DNA from: Marsupella aquatica
Taxonomy: Eukaryota > Plantae > Marchantiophyta
Direction: 5' to 3'
Assembly (NCBI GenBank): GCA_973895155.1
Contig: OZ316892.1
Coordinates: 23,351,168 to 23,415,167 of the forward strand
DNA length: 64,000 nt
Below the pieces are notes generated by a model. That model was not told where the DNA came from, did not search any database, and was given only the letters and a program-made list of their open reading frames with translations. A program made the position numbers and the translations under genes. How positions within the stretch are numbered: position 1 is the stretch's first letter; each line of letters starts with the position of its first letter. This document shows, piece after piece, positions 26,801-37,800 of the stretch.

Positions 26801-29800
26801 ATGCTGATAATGGTAAATTTGAGTGCATTAATAGTGGTCTGGCAATCATTTGGAGTCTTTTAATAACGGATTCTGCTATTCCATTTTGAAAGTGTACGTG
26901 GGGTATAGAGTACTGAGTATCAATCCCTGCTGTCCAGCAGAAGTCGTCGAAGGCTTTGGATGTAAATTCTCCTGCTCCGTCAACTCGTAATATGCGTGTG
27001 GGGTGCTCAAGGAACGCTTTCAATTTTAAGATATGCGCAAGTATTCTTGCGAATACCATATTACGGGTGGAGAGTAAGGAAATTTGTAGCCATTTTGTTG
27101 AGGAGTCGATGAGTACCAGGAAATATTTGAATGGCCCGCTTGGAGGGTCGATGGGGCCGCATACATCTGCATTGAGCTGCTCCAAAAAGTTGGGGATCTT
27201 GTAGACTATTTTTGGTATCGATGGGCGTGTTATCATCTTGCCCTGTGAGCAGGCCATGCACTGTGGAGCCATGGCGTTTGGTTTGGCCGTCTGTGGGATT
27301 CCTTTGGAGTCCCTAATTATTCTGGTGTACATATTAATGCCTGGGTGGCCGAGTCTGCAATGCCAGGTATATGTGATATCCGATGTATCCTTTTCAATGT
27401 GGTATGATTGTATCTTAGCTGCATATAGTCCAGGTGGGATTAGTGGTAAGTTCTCCATAATATGTGGTAATCCTTCCTTGTTCTGTACTAGTTGTAGGAT
27501 TTCAGTTTCGCCTTGTTTTGCTGTTCTTAGTTCATAGTTATTCGCGCGGATATCCTGAAAGTTGATGAGGTTCCTGGTAGCTGTAGGGGCGTATATAGCT
27601 GCTGCTATCGTAATTTTGGTCCCGCCTGGGAATATAATATGCGCTTTTCCTTTGCCTTCTTCTATTTGGTTGGGGCCTGCGATAGTTGTCATCGGTCTAG
27701 ATGATGGGGTGATAAAGTCAAAATATTTGCTTTGTGTCAGTATTGTATGTGACGTTCCGCTATCAATAATGCATATATTAGGGTCAGTTAATGGTGATGT
27801 ATACAGGTGTGAGATAGCAGTATGTGTTTCAATTGGGGCGTCTGCAGGATCTTGGTATGTCGCTATATTTTCTTCGATTTCCATATAGTTGCCTTGTGGG
27901 TTTTGTCTCGTTAATATGCGTTCATTTGTATAGCGTTGTGCCACTTGGTCAGATGCTCTGCATATCTTCCTGATGTGGCCGATCTTACCACATCTGTAGC
28001 ATAGTTTCTGATTATCGTTTGTTGGGTGATTTTGTGGGTTTCGCCATGTGCCCCTGCTTCTGTTGGTGCCACGGTTCCAGGTAGTTCTTTGTGTGGGGAG
28101 CGGGTTTCTGCCCTGGTAGGGGTATCTCCCTTGTCCCCTGAATTTTCCTCTGCCTCCCCTGAATGGTTTTCTTCCTCTTGGGTTGTCTCGTCGCCCGTCT
28201 TGGTAATTTCCATAGTGTGATTCGGGTCGATTGGGTGGTGGTTCTGATCCTACTGGTATTTTTCTTGCGTTATGTAGGGCTACAATTTGTTGTTTCTCTT
28301 CGACTAATAAATGTGCAATGAGGTCGGAGTAGGTCGTAAAATTCATATTTCGGTATTGGGTTCCCAGGGCTATATTAGCTTCTGGGAATGTTGACAGTGT
28401 TTTATCAATGCGGTCGTTATCATTTACTGGGTGGCCGCACATTTCTAGTTGAGATGTGATTCGGAATAAGGTGCTGTTATAATTTGCAATTGTTGTGTGG
28501 TCCATGACTCGCAGGTTGTGCCAGTCCCTGCGTGCTTCTGGGAGCCATATTTCGCACATGTGGTCGAATCTGGATTTGAGTTGATCCCATAGCTTGCGGG
28601 GATTTACCTCATTCATATATTCGTTCTTCAATTGTGGTGATAGGTGTTGCCTCAATAGAAACGCGGCTTTAGCTTTTTGTTTGAGGGTTAGATTTGTATC
28701 TGTATATAGTGTATCTTCAATTTCTTGAAATGCAAAATATGTTTCGACATCTGTGATCCATGTAAGGTAGTTTGATCCGTCTACCTTTAATGCAGGGAAG
28801 TGTAATTTCTCTATGGTATTCATTCTTAATACAATTTGGGATTGTAATGTTTAGTTACAATTGAATATGGAGGTTGCAGGGATTTGGTATTGGTATACCA
28901 ATTATGGTTGTCGTGTGTCTATCCTTGGTCTTCGGTATGATGAATCTTCGATGGCGCGTCTCGTATTAAATTGCGCTCAATTGGATGTGTAGCGATTTCT
29001 AGTTGATGGGGAAAATTTTGGGCTAAACAAGCGATATGGAGTAATTCTAATTGGTGAGGTGTTCTACATGTTCTCAGTGCCTGTACATTGCCCAAAATAG
29101 CGATGTGCTAGCGCTGAGAGGGGAAAAGAAAGGTGGGGGTCGGTTTGGGCGGTTATTGGGAGGAGGGAGAAAAAAAAGTGCCTTTTAAGAGTATTTTACT
29201 CGTGAAAACATCAAGGTGATCGAATTACCAAAAGACTGATTTCAGAAAAAAAAATGACTAGAGCATACTCGTGCTGATAACGTGTTAAGAGTTGGGATAC
29301 CAATGCTTGGAATAATGTGTCCACTCTTCATTAAGGTGTGGCTTTATATAGCCATGAGGTTACATGGTCTAAGGTTAAAGGTAACCTTAGCTTAGGGTTA
29401 TATGTAAACTATGGTTTACAACAGAAACTATGATTCACACTATTTGTAAGGGGAGAGTACTATGTGCTTGTTGGTATGGTGGTTTATAATGTGTGGACAT
29501 TGGTAGTCACAGTTTATGCAAGTATTGGACAATGTGTTCTTGTTGCTATTTACCAGGGCCTTTGTTATTGCTTGACATATAGATTATAATGTGTGGACAG
29601 TACCCTGTGGTGCGTCCCATGGCTCCCTAAACCCAAGAAACCCCCCAGCTCAAGCCGATTCCCGCAGGTTTCGTGCTTGGCGAGGCCGTTTCCGCGGCTT
29701 AGCGGCATGGGACGCTGCTAACCTTCTACTACTACTATTAACATTTTACACACATATACTGGACAGATCCTTCATCGGGTCATGAGATACGTAGCCGGCC

Positions 29801-32800
29801 TAATATAGGCCTTCCCCTGTCTTCCCCTCCATCTTGTTAGGTATGTTTGGATTCCGCCGCCGGAATGATCCCCAATAGGCTTGGTTAAGCCGCTAAGACC
29901 TCTCTCAGCTCGACACATCCAACTCTCACTCCCCTGCTTACTTTCCTTCCTTCTGTTGATGTGGGCACTCTTCACACAAGTTAATGCGACACACAAATAG
30001 CAAAATGACTCATTCTGACTGAGTCATACCATGCACTTGCCATACAAACAGTACATCTCATACACAAGTTCTGCGAACTAAGCCGTGAGGCCAACTCTAT
30101 TCAGCTCTTAGGCATGAGGAAACATGAATATACACAAGGGTCACTGTATGACTAACCGAGAGCTTCTCGTACTACTTGATCCCAGCCCGGCTGGTGCAAA
30201 CTAAAAACTTGCTAAAGAAGAGGCCCTGAGCTCCCCGCTGCCCAGGTACTTATCCTGGTAGTGGATCCGCCCTTCTTTGCATCGTAAGCCTAATCTACTT
30301 AACAGTAATCTACTTGCCCGAATCTACCTATGTACAGCAAGGCAGGAGCACAAGTGTTGCTTCTACCAGTGGGACCGCAATCCCACTAAGCTAAGTGTCA
30401 GGGCCGCTCCTGGTTCTGATCCTAATCCTAAACGTGGAGATCCGTGCCCGCCCTGCCCACTCACGCCTCCTCCCTCCACGTCCGCCCTCCCTAAAAGGAA
30501 CGGCGCCCTTGCACCGTCACGACACCGGTGGTGGATCCTCAATGGACGCCCCCAACACATCCTCCTCAGCCACTGCCGTTGGCCCGCCTACTGACAGATT
30601 ACCTGCCATTGACCGAGTCAACTCTCCATCGGCCTGACTGGGTCCACCTTCGGCTTCAGCCTCGACACCGGCCTCGGCAATACCCACGGCTTCGGCTTCA
30701 GCCACTCCCACGGCTTCGGCTTTAGCCACTCCCACGGCTTCGGCTTCCCCTTCCCCTAGGGTAGTTGGATCCTTAGCCGTGACCCTGTCTGGGGTCGGTG
30801 CTGGGTCTACCTCCTTGATCACCACGGCCTGTGAAGTCGTATTACTCCTTGACCCTGAAGGTTTCCGCTTCTTCTTCGTTGGTGGCTCGGCAGCTGGTCC
30901 CTTCCCCTTCCCACTTACCTCCGGCACTGGTGCAGGTGGCGCGGCTTGTCCTTCGGCAATTACCACCCCTGGTAACTGGTTTGTCCCAACAGGAGATGGA
31001 CCTGCTGCAGCTAAGCATTTAAATACTGCGGCTTGTTTCTTCAACCGCTCTGTTTGGTTGTCGGCCCGCCGCTGTAGGTTCTCCATCTTCCTCGTGATTT
31101 CCTCCAACTCCTCTTGGGTTTCATCCAGGTCCTTACGTGCCCCCTCCAGCTCGTTTTTGGCCTCCTCCTGCTCCCTGTGGGCTTCCTCCAATTCCTTCTT
31201 CAAGGTAGCCCTCTCCTCCTGGGTTGCTCTTAGCTCCTTGTCGAGCTCTGCAATGATGACAGACTCCATCTGGTTCATCTTGGCGTAAGTCTGTTCGAGC
31301 ATCTCGTCCTTCTCCCTTAGGTCGGCCTTGAAGCTGGCCGTCAGGGACGCAAGCTCCTGCTGCAGCGCCATAATCCCTTGATAGGATTTCCCTAACTCGA
31401 CCTCCTTCTGCTCAAGGGCTCCGCGGATTTTCTCGAGCTCCCCTTTCAACGCCCATTCCTTTCTTTGGGTCTCTGCCATGGCCCGACTGTTGGCTGTTAT
31501 GTGGGCCTCCTCTGTATTCTTCAGCTCTTGCTTCCACTTTTCCCTTTCTTTGATCGTGTCGGCCAACTCTTCCTGCGTCTGAGTCAGTTTATCCTTGATA
31601 TTCTGATTATCAGCCTGCGCGGCGTCCAACTGCCCCTGCATGATGTTCAGCTCATGTTGTTTAATCCGCAGTTCATCTTGGGCTTTCTTGGCCGCCCTTA
31701 GATCTTCAATCTCGGCTTCCATCCTCCTAAGCCGCCGAATGACCTCATCCTTCTTGCTTCTCTCTAAAGCCACCGCTTCTTCTAATTGGTGCTTCTCCAA
31801 CTGCTCCCTATGGAAAAAGGGTCCTACCTCCAACTCCTCTCCAAAGATGTCGAGCGCAAGTTCCCCACACATCTCACCATACTCCATGGCTCTATTCTTA
31901 GCGTAGGTGGAGTAAGTAGAAGTGATCGGCATCGCCCATCGTGGCCTCTGCTCCCAAGCCGTCCTGCGGATCTCTTCAATCGTGGCTAGAGGTTTGCTTC
32001 CTTTTTCGGCTAGCCGCCTGATGTCCTCCGGCCAATCTCCTCCTGGTAAATCCTTTTCCTTAGCCAGGGCGGCCTCTTCCTCCTGCTTGATTCGCTCCTG
32101 AAATTCCTGCACCGTCTGTTTTATGCCGTCGAAGCTCGGGGGAGCAACATCTGGTGGGGGAGACTCAGGGCTACTCTGCTGGTTGGGGTCCCCTCGCACT
32201 ACCCTTGGAAGTGTGGGGACAAACCGGCCACAGGTCCTTACTCCTGGAACGTGATGGTCCGACCCATAGCCGGAATTATCATGGCTGCAGTCCTCCACTG
32301 CCTCCTCTACCTCTTGGACGTCCGGCTTCTCCCTCTCCTCTTCGTTGGTAGGAGCTTCAGGCAATTCTGCCTCAGATTTGGAGCTTGAGGTTCCCACGTA
32401 CATTCGAACACCTGGCTTGGATTCCGGCCTGATTCTCTCCTTGTCTCCAGCAAAGGGGTTTTCTCTTGTGAGCCGGTGTAGGCCTACCTCTGTAGTAGTG
32501 TCCTGCATTGTTGCCGTTGCCGTTGTTTTTGCCGATGCCGATCTCTTTTCTTTCTCCAGTAGTTTCAGCAGACTCTGCATGCCTGGTTGCTGCATCGGCA
32601 AGTCTTCCTTCCTGGGCCTAAACACCTGCTCGATCGTAGGACTAACAGGTGGTTGAGGCTTCTCAGCCAACGGCCTCGGCGTTGGAGCTTCCTCGGGTGC
32701 CCTTACCTGCAGGGGAAGTACCGGGGCAAAAGTCTGACCTCTGGCATACCGGCACAACAGCGGCATGTGATAGCCAAGCCGCGACACGCTCCCCATGCCG

Positions 32801-34837
32801 ATTACCTGCTGCTCCTCCTTTAAGATCTTCTTCAATTGGTTGAGGAGGTACCCGTTGTAGTCCCGGCTTGGGTCTGGCCTTTCTGCCAGATAGACCTGTG
32901 CTTTGCCGATCTCTGCCCTCGGCAAGTTACAATGCATGGTCACCCGCAAGAAGTCGATCATCTCTCCTATGTGCGGGTTGGTGCAGGTGTTCCGGAAGAA
33001 GCCATTCTTCGTTGATGGCCCGGGGAACGACCGGAACTCCTTGTCAGGCAAGGTCTTCCTGGTATCAACTTTGGTCTTATTGCCCATCGGCAAGCCAAAC
33101 ACTTCGGCAATCACCTTGGGAGTAAGATAGAAATCCTTCCCATATATCCTCGTGCAATTGGTCTCGGGTTCCCATGACCCCACGAATTCTAATAGGTCTG
33201 ACTCCGGTACCTCCGGCTTCAGCCATGGTAATCTTACAAAGGCCTCCAAGCCGGATCCGGCCATGAAGCCTTGGTACTTCTTGGTCTGCATGGCCGTAAA
33301 GCATGCATCCTCCTCCCGTGCAAAATGTAGTTGCACCTCCACCGGTAGGGTTGCCGCCCAGCCCTTCCAGGTGTCATCCCTGGTTGGAATGGCCTTGATG
33401 GGATCGACCTCCTCCTCTTCGGCTTCTCCCTGCCTCCTGCTCTGCTGCTCGGCTGGCTTCTTTGGTGCCGCCGACCTCGTTCTTTTTGCCGGGGTGGCTT
33501 CATCGTTGACGGCTCCCTTCCTCTTCATCTCTGCTGCCGTGGAGGTTTCTCCTAGCACCGTTGCCTGGGTCCACCTTTCCGTGCTACCCTTTAATTCCCA
33601 GTGTATGTCATTGCAGTTCTTGATGGCCTCTCGGATGCCGACGACGCTGTCTTTGCAAAACAGAAGATCGTCGAGTTGATTGGAAGTAGGCGTCCACAGG
33701 AACTCGTCCTTGATGAGTTCGCCTCCTAAGAAAGCCGTCTTCTGCAGCTCCCACAATCGAGCGAGCTCCTGCCGTTCTCGAGCTGCCCTTTCTGACTCCT
33801 CGTCCTCGTAAGTCTTGATGTACTCAGTTGCCCGTTCGAACAGGCATCCCCAGAAATGTGCCGCTTGATTGACGTTGCTCATACCCTCCTTAGGTTGATC
33901 GTCGGTATCTACTCTCTCCCCGAGTGCTTGCCTAAGCAGCTGACAGTAGTTGGCCTCCCGTAGTCGTCTGCCTAGTTCGTGCTCGCAAATGAGCCACCAT
34001 CTCCTGCAAGCGCTCCTTACCCCTCTCCTCTGCCGGTCCTTCTTCCCGTTGATCCTTCCTAGCCGCCGACGCTTAACGCACCCTAACCCTAATCGGGTTT
34101 TCACCCTCAGCCTTACCTCCGGCCTCTGCCCGGGTTCCATGGTTGCCCCTAATTGTTTATATTTTCCTTGTTTTGTCACTATACTAAGGTGTTCCTAGGG
34201 TGCCTTCCTGCTTTACCCACTTAACCGGCCGAGTGATTCCTGTCTAGGCATCACATACCCTAATTTTGTTTACTATTTCACTTGTGGTTTATTAGGACAA
34301 ATATTTGAGTACCCTGATATTTGTTATTATAAATAAGAACCTATATATATTTGTTTCTGCCCATTATGCATAGTTGACATAAGTACCATCAGCGTGAGTA
34401 AAAACAAATAATGATAAAATGGGCAAATGCTAAGTGAATGAAAGAAGGTATCCACATACCTGACGTGGTGGTCGTGAAGGCTGACCCATCTGCTGCTCAC
34501 TCGTGGGCGATGGTTGTGCCTCGGGCCCAATTGGAGCTGCCTCTGATGCTCGCCATACCCGAAGCTCCTGAATTGTCGGTCGCGCACAATCAAGTAACCA
34601 TGTGACAACAGTGGAGTGTGTGGTATCCTGTCCAAGTAGAGCTCTAAGGTCCTCCCACTCATCCCACCGATCTAGTGGGACCCGGATTTCGGGCTTGGCA
34701 TCCGGTCTCCTCCTTTTCTTGTAGTCTATGTCATCACTCGGATACCGCTGTCTTGGTGGACCACCTCCCCGGGGGGGGGGGGGGCGATTCCGCCTCCCAT
34801 CCGGAAGAGGGGGGGGGGGATGGCCTGCCGCACTCAT
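20865..34837 (-). CDS. Kolobok-like DDE transposase, 6 exons, 759 aa, apparently intact frame
   Basis: Exons 34837-34460, 23203-23042, 22938-22329, 22201-21577, 21456-21305 and 21217-20865 are all GT-AG, phase-compatible and total 2280 nt. Motifs include LDTRWDS (D1), VIHDD (D2), KDLWH (DxxH), HWAGDHRLC..C and SETYHSVMGKYATKRIHF...ARLSCAAMDWNEN (E). A SAP/HeH-like segment LQDWLKSRGVRGYSTLRKEALI is also present. Confidence 0.82.
23422..29423 (-). mobile_element. Ty1/Copia Bianca-lineage LTR retrotransposon
   Basis: Identical 141-bp LTRs (23422-23562, 29283-29423) with TG..CA ends and TSD GAAAC. PPT AGGGGGAG lies next to the 3' LTR. The PBS CGTTATCAGCACGA is complementary to the anticodon region of tRNA-Ile (half-tRNA priming). 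The gag starts FPALKVDGSNYLTW. Confidence 0.93.
24198..28823 (-). pseudogene. Bianca gag-pol polyprotein (gag, CCHC knuckle, protease, integrase, RT, RNase H) split by frameshifts
   Basis: ORFs 26523..28823, 26063..26401, 25593..25934 and 24198..25538 carry CYRCGKIGH, IIDSGTSHT, WHCRLGHPG, LRVDGAGEF, MDVVTAYLYG, LYVDD and ADIFTK. Confidence 0.9.
29606..34255 (-). mobile_element. 4650-bp solo-LTR-like insertion containing a long ORF
   Basis: Termini TGTGGTGC...GCATCACA with a perfect 5-bp TSD TACCC (29601-29605, 34256-34260). No terminal direct repeats and no gag/pol were found. Confidence 0.75.
30517..34179 (-). CDS. 1220-codon intronless ORF: plant-transposon (Athila ORF1/PMD-like) domain plus long coiled coil; the true start may be an internal ATG (e.g. 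33882)
   Basis: GLEAFVRLPW...DLLEFVGSWEPETNCTRIYGKDFYLTPKVIAEVFGLP resembles Ty3/Gypsy accessory-ORF domains. An E/K/Q/L-rich heptad region follows, and there is a TATAAA on the minus strand near 34155-34160. Confidence 0.7.
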   Translation of the reverse strand: MTKQGKYKQLGATMEPGQRPEVRLRVKTRLGLGCVKRRRLGRINGKKDRQRRGVRSACRRWWLICEHELGRRLREANYCQLLRQALGERVDTDDQPKEGMSNVNQAAHFWGCLFERATEYIKTYEDEESERAARERQELARLWELQKTAFLGGELIKDEFLWTPTSNQLDDLLFCKDSVVGIREAIKNCNDIHWELKGSTERWTQATVLGETSTAAEMKRKGAVNDEATPAKRTRSAAPKKPAEQQSRRQGEAEEEEVDPIKAIPTRDDTWKGWAATLPVEVQLHFAREEDACFTAMQTKKYQGFMAGSGLEAFVRLPWLKPEVPESDLLEFVGSWEPETNCTRIYGKDFYLTPKVIAEVFGLPMGNKTKVDTRKTLPDKEFRSFPGPSTKNGFFRNTCTNPHIGEMIDFLRVTMHCNLPRAEIGKAQVYLAERPDPSRDYNGYLLNQLKKILKEEQQVIGMGSVSRLGYHMPLLCRYARGQTFAPVLPLQVRAPEEAPTPRPLAEKPQPPVSPTIEQVFRPRKEDLPMQQPGMQSLLKLLEKEKRSASAKTTATATMQDTTTEVGLHRLTRENPFAGDKERIRPESKPGVRMYVGTSSSKSEAELPEAPTNEEEREKPDVQEVEEAVEDCSHDNSGYGSDHHVPGVRTCGRFVPTLPRVVRGDPNQQSSPESPPPDVAPPSFDGIKQTVQEFQERIKQEEEAALAKEKDLPGGDWPEDIRRLAEKGSKPLATIEEIRRTAWEQRPRWAMPITSTYSTYAKNRAMEYGEMCGELALDIFGEELEVGPFFHREQLEKHQLEEAVALERSKKDEVIRRLRRMEAEIEDLRAAKKAQDELRIKQHELNIMQGQLDAAQADNQNIKDKLTQTQEELADTIKEREKWKQELKNTEEAHITANSRAMAETQRKEWALKGELEKIRGALEQKEVELGKSYQGIMALQQELASLTASFKADLREKDEMLEQTYAKMNQMESVIIAELDKELRATQEERATLKKELEEAHREQEEAKNELEGARKDLDETQEELEEITRKMENLQRRADNQTERLKKQAAVFKCLAAAGPSPVGTNQLPGVVIAEGQAAPPAPVPEVSGKGKGPAAEPPTKKKRKPSGSRSNTTSQAVVIKEVDPAPTPDRVTAKDPTTLGEGEAEAVGVAKAEAVGVAEAEAVGIAEAGVEAEAEGGPSQADGELTRSMAGNLSVGGPTAVAEEDVLGASIEDPPPVS

Positions 34838-37800
34838 AGTAACCTACCCTAAAACCTATGTAAAAAAAACCCTATCTACACTCTAGAACGGAGACCGGAT
34901 GCCAAGCCCAACCCGGTGAATAATAACAAAGTTGTACAAAAAGAATGCAAAAACACAAGGAGAAAGAAGAAGTACTAACCCAACAATAGAGAAGTGAAGA
35001 GGAATGGCAAATGTGAACCACACATACCCTTTTGCCCCGTTACCACTCCTCCACCCCTCTTCCCCATTGGGTACATTTGTGACTGTTGGATCATGGAGGT
35101 TCGAAAGGGTCTTGTAACTAACCCTAATTGCCTCCCTAAGTGGCGGCTGCACTAACTCCCGTAGTTGCCATCCGCATGGGGTACAGGATACAGCAGAAAC
35201 TGCCAAAAATTGATACTTTACCTGTGTCTACGAGAGTGAAGCTTGAACCTGAGACCTGTGGGAAGAAAGGCAATGATTCCAACCGATGTGCTATGAGGAC
35301 TCTTCGAATACAGGGGAACCATAACTAATGATAAAGTAGTAACAGAATCCCAGCCCCCATGCCGGGCGGAGTGAGCCCTGTCCGTGGGTACCTCCGCAAC
35401 GTCTGAGGAACCCTTACAAAGGCCGGCGGCTCCCACCCGCCTATATCCCCTGCAAGGTGTATTTCAGAGGCCAGGTGTCCACTGCCCTGCCTGCCCGAAA
35501 ATTTGAAATTTGAAATTGTGTAGGCAACCAATCAAAAGAGTCTGTTTCTTTTTTGGTTGTTTCTCACTTACTTTGGGTCATTTTTTATTGCTGTTTTTTG
35601 CTAGGCGTAGATCTCAAAGAGATCTTCAATCTGAGCCATAGATCACCTCATACGGTGAACAAATGAGATGCCTGGGAGGTTCGATCGGAGGGCTGTGGTG
35701 AGGCACGAATCCGCAAACGCGACACTCGCGTTTCTGGAATGACTACTCCGGGTGACCCGGAGTACTTAAACCACGATTAGTGGTTTAAGGGGATGGGGGG
35801 TTTAGGGACCATTGGATGGAGTCCATAGATCCCCACCATCAAAAAGTCGCATATTGGAAGTTTACTCAGCTGGGCTATACTTTGAGAGGGCCGAGTAGTC
35901 ATGACTTAGCACTAGTTTTTTAGGGGCTAGACAAGGCTTGGAGTGTAATTAATTTAGACACTTGAAGTAGAGGGAATGGGGGCCTTGGGTTAACATGAAA
36001 CCTACATATTGATGGTCGCGATCACTCTGAAAGGCAATCTCTTTTCATCCGGATGGCTAAGATCACTCTAGGGGTTGCCATGTCATAGTAAGGTTTGCGC
36101 CAAACGGCTCTTTGCACCCTTTCACCCTTGCGCCTTTCAGTCGTGTTTTACTTTTCTCACAAAGTATTGAGGCTCAACGTTGAATGTTGCGGTTAGTGTC
36201 TGCCACTCAGCGTTTGGGGCGAGAGGGTCGAGGGGTTTAGCAAGGTTGCGCTGCTGTTTTGCCTCAAGAGTGTGCAATCAAGGCTGCAATCAGGGCTCCA
36301 GGAGCTACGGGAGCGTTGTGCAAAGTGCTGCGGGAGGCTATGCAATGTGTTGCGGGAGTGCTGTGCAAAGCGCTGTTGTAGGAGTGCTACTGCGGGAGTG
36401 TTGCGCAGGAGTCTGAGCTCAGTGGGAGGGTTTAGGTTTGGCTGATCGATGTGCATTTACATTTGTGGATAGTAGTTTGCATTGGAGTTGCAAAGGAGCT
36501 CGCCAGAGTTGTGAAGGAGCAGGTGTGGGAGTTGCGGGCTGCCATCAGCCCTCCTGTTTTTCTTTTACTCCCACAGTGAGCTCCCGTATGAGCTCTTGTG
36601 TGAGCTTTGTTCAGCTGCGGTGGGTGCTGAGCTGATTTCCGTGCTCAACTGTGCTGTGCTGATTTTCGTCTAACAAAGCTCGAGGGAGGGTTGTCGGTTG
36701 GACGTTGGAGCTGCACTTGTGATATTTTGGGGTTCGGGCAAAGCATTGTCGTTTTGCTAACGCTGCGTGGTGGAAATTGGACCTGCCAACTCCTTGTCTA
36801 TGGTGTTGTGGAGTTGGGCGAGCTGCGACAAGGGACCGAGCCGGGCGACCTGTGAATCAAAGCCCATCGACCGCTGTTGAAGGTTTGATGTCCAGATTTC
36901 TTGCCTGTGAGTCCCCATGGTTGTAGTGTCTATCCCGGTCTCTTGCGTAGTGCTCGGCGTAGTGCCCATGATTCGATAGGGAACTGATTCATGAACTGTG
37001 ACTGCTTTTCTGCTCTGCGGTGTGAATATGTTGGCACTTGCTGCACTATGTTGGCAACGGAAAGCGTAGACTCGGGTTCGGATTCAGAGTCAATGTTCAC
37101 AGAACTCCATTTTTCAACATTGCTTTTGCTTTGTTGCTGACTGTCCTTGCCCGTAAAAGGAGTTATATTCTCTGAGCTGCGGTTGGTTTGCAAGTCCCTG
37201 TAAGGTATCAATGTACCTTTCTTCTCATTTTTTCCGCCTCACTTCCCTCTAAACCTTTCACTTCGAGAAATTACCTGAAACAAATCACTGTCTTTCTTGT
37301 GTCTATGTATGTAGTGTCTGAATTTCATTGCAATCTATTGCATACCAATCACTGCAAGCCATTGCCATTGCTATCTCTATTATGTCTCTATTGCTATCTT
37401 CAAGCTGTCTGCGCAACTCTTAGGTGAGCTCGTTCATTGATGATTCATCGATTCTATGTTTTGAGCTGGACTTGCGCTTTGTATTGCATTGCAAAGCTTT
37501 GACTTTGAACTACCATTTCTCGTTCATAGCTACGATGACCACTACATTGCCTAACTCTGTTCATTTGCAGTAGCACAAATACTCGATTTCATTGACAGCT
37601 TTGTCTCTGCATCTATTTTCGCTCTCTTTTTCCCTCCCCTTGAATTGTGGGCCTTAAAATGTTAGTTGGCTTATGTAGTTTTTATGTCCCTCCGCTATGT
37701 CAATGCGTGTTTCATTGCATCAGGGCATCAGTCGTCGTTTGCCTATAACATTTCTGTTCATTCTCTGTCCACTCATTTGATGTAATTCTTCCCGTTGCTG

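Larger units (their letters stand above)
17622..35784. mobile_element. Kolobok-like DNA transposon (about 7.5 kb excluding nested insertions)
   Basis: TTAA on both sides (17618-17621, 35785-35788). Imperfect TIR ACCACAACTCGGGGTATA vs ACCACTAATCGTGGTTTA (14/18). The flanks rejoin into the host G-rich GGGTTTAGGG repeat. It encodes a transposase and a convergent KolX-like gene. Confidence 0.8.

Noticed and set aside
29772-29996. Chromodomain-like peptide (YLTRWRG)
   Set aside because: It is short, lacks the other aromatic cage residues and lies in the non-coding end of the solo-LTR-like unit.
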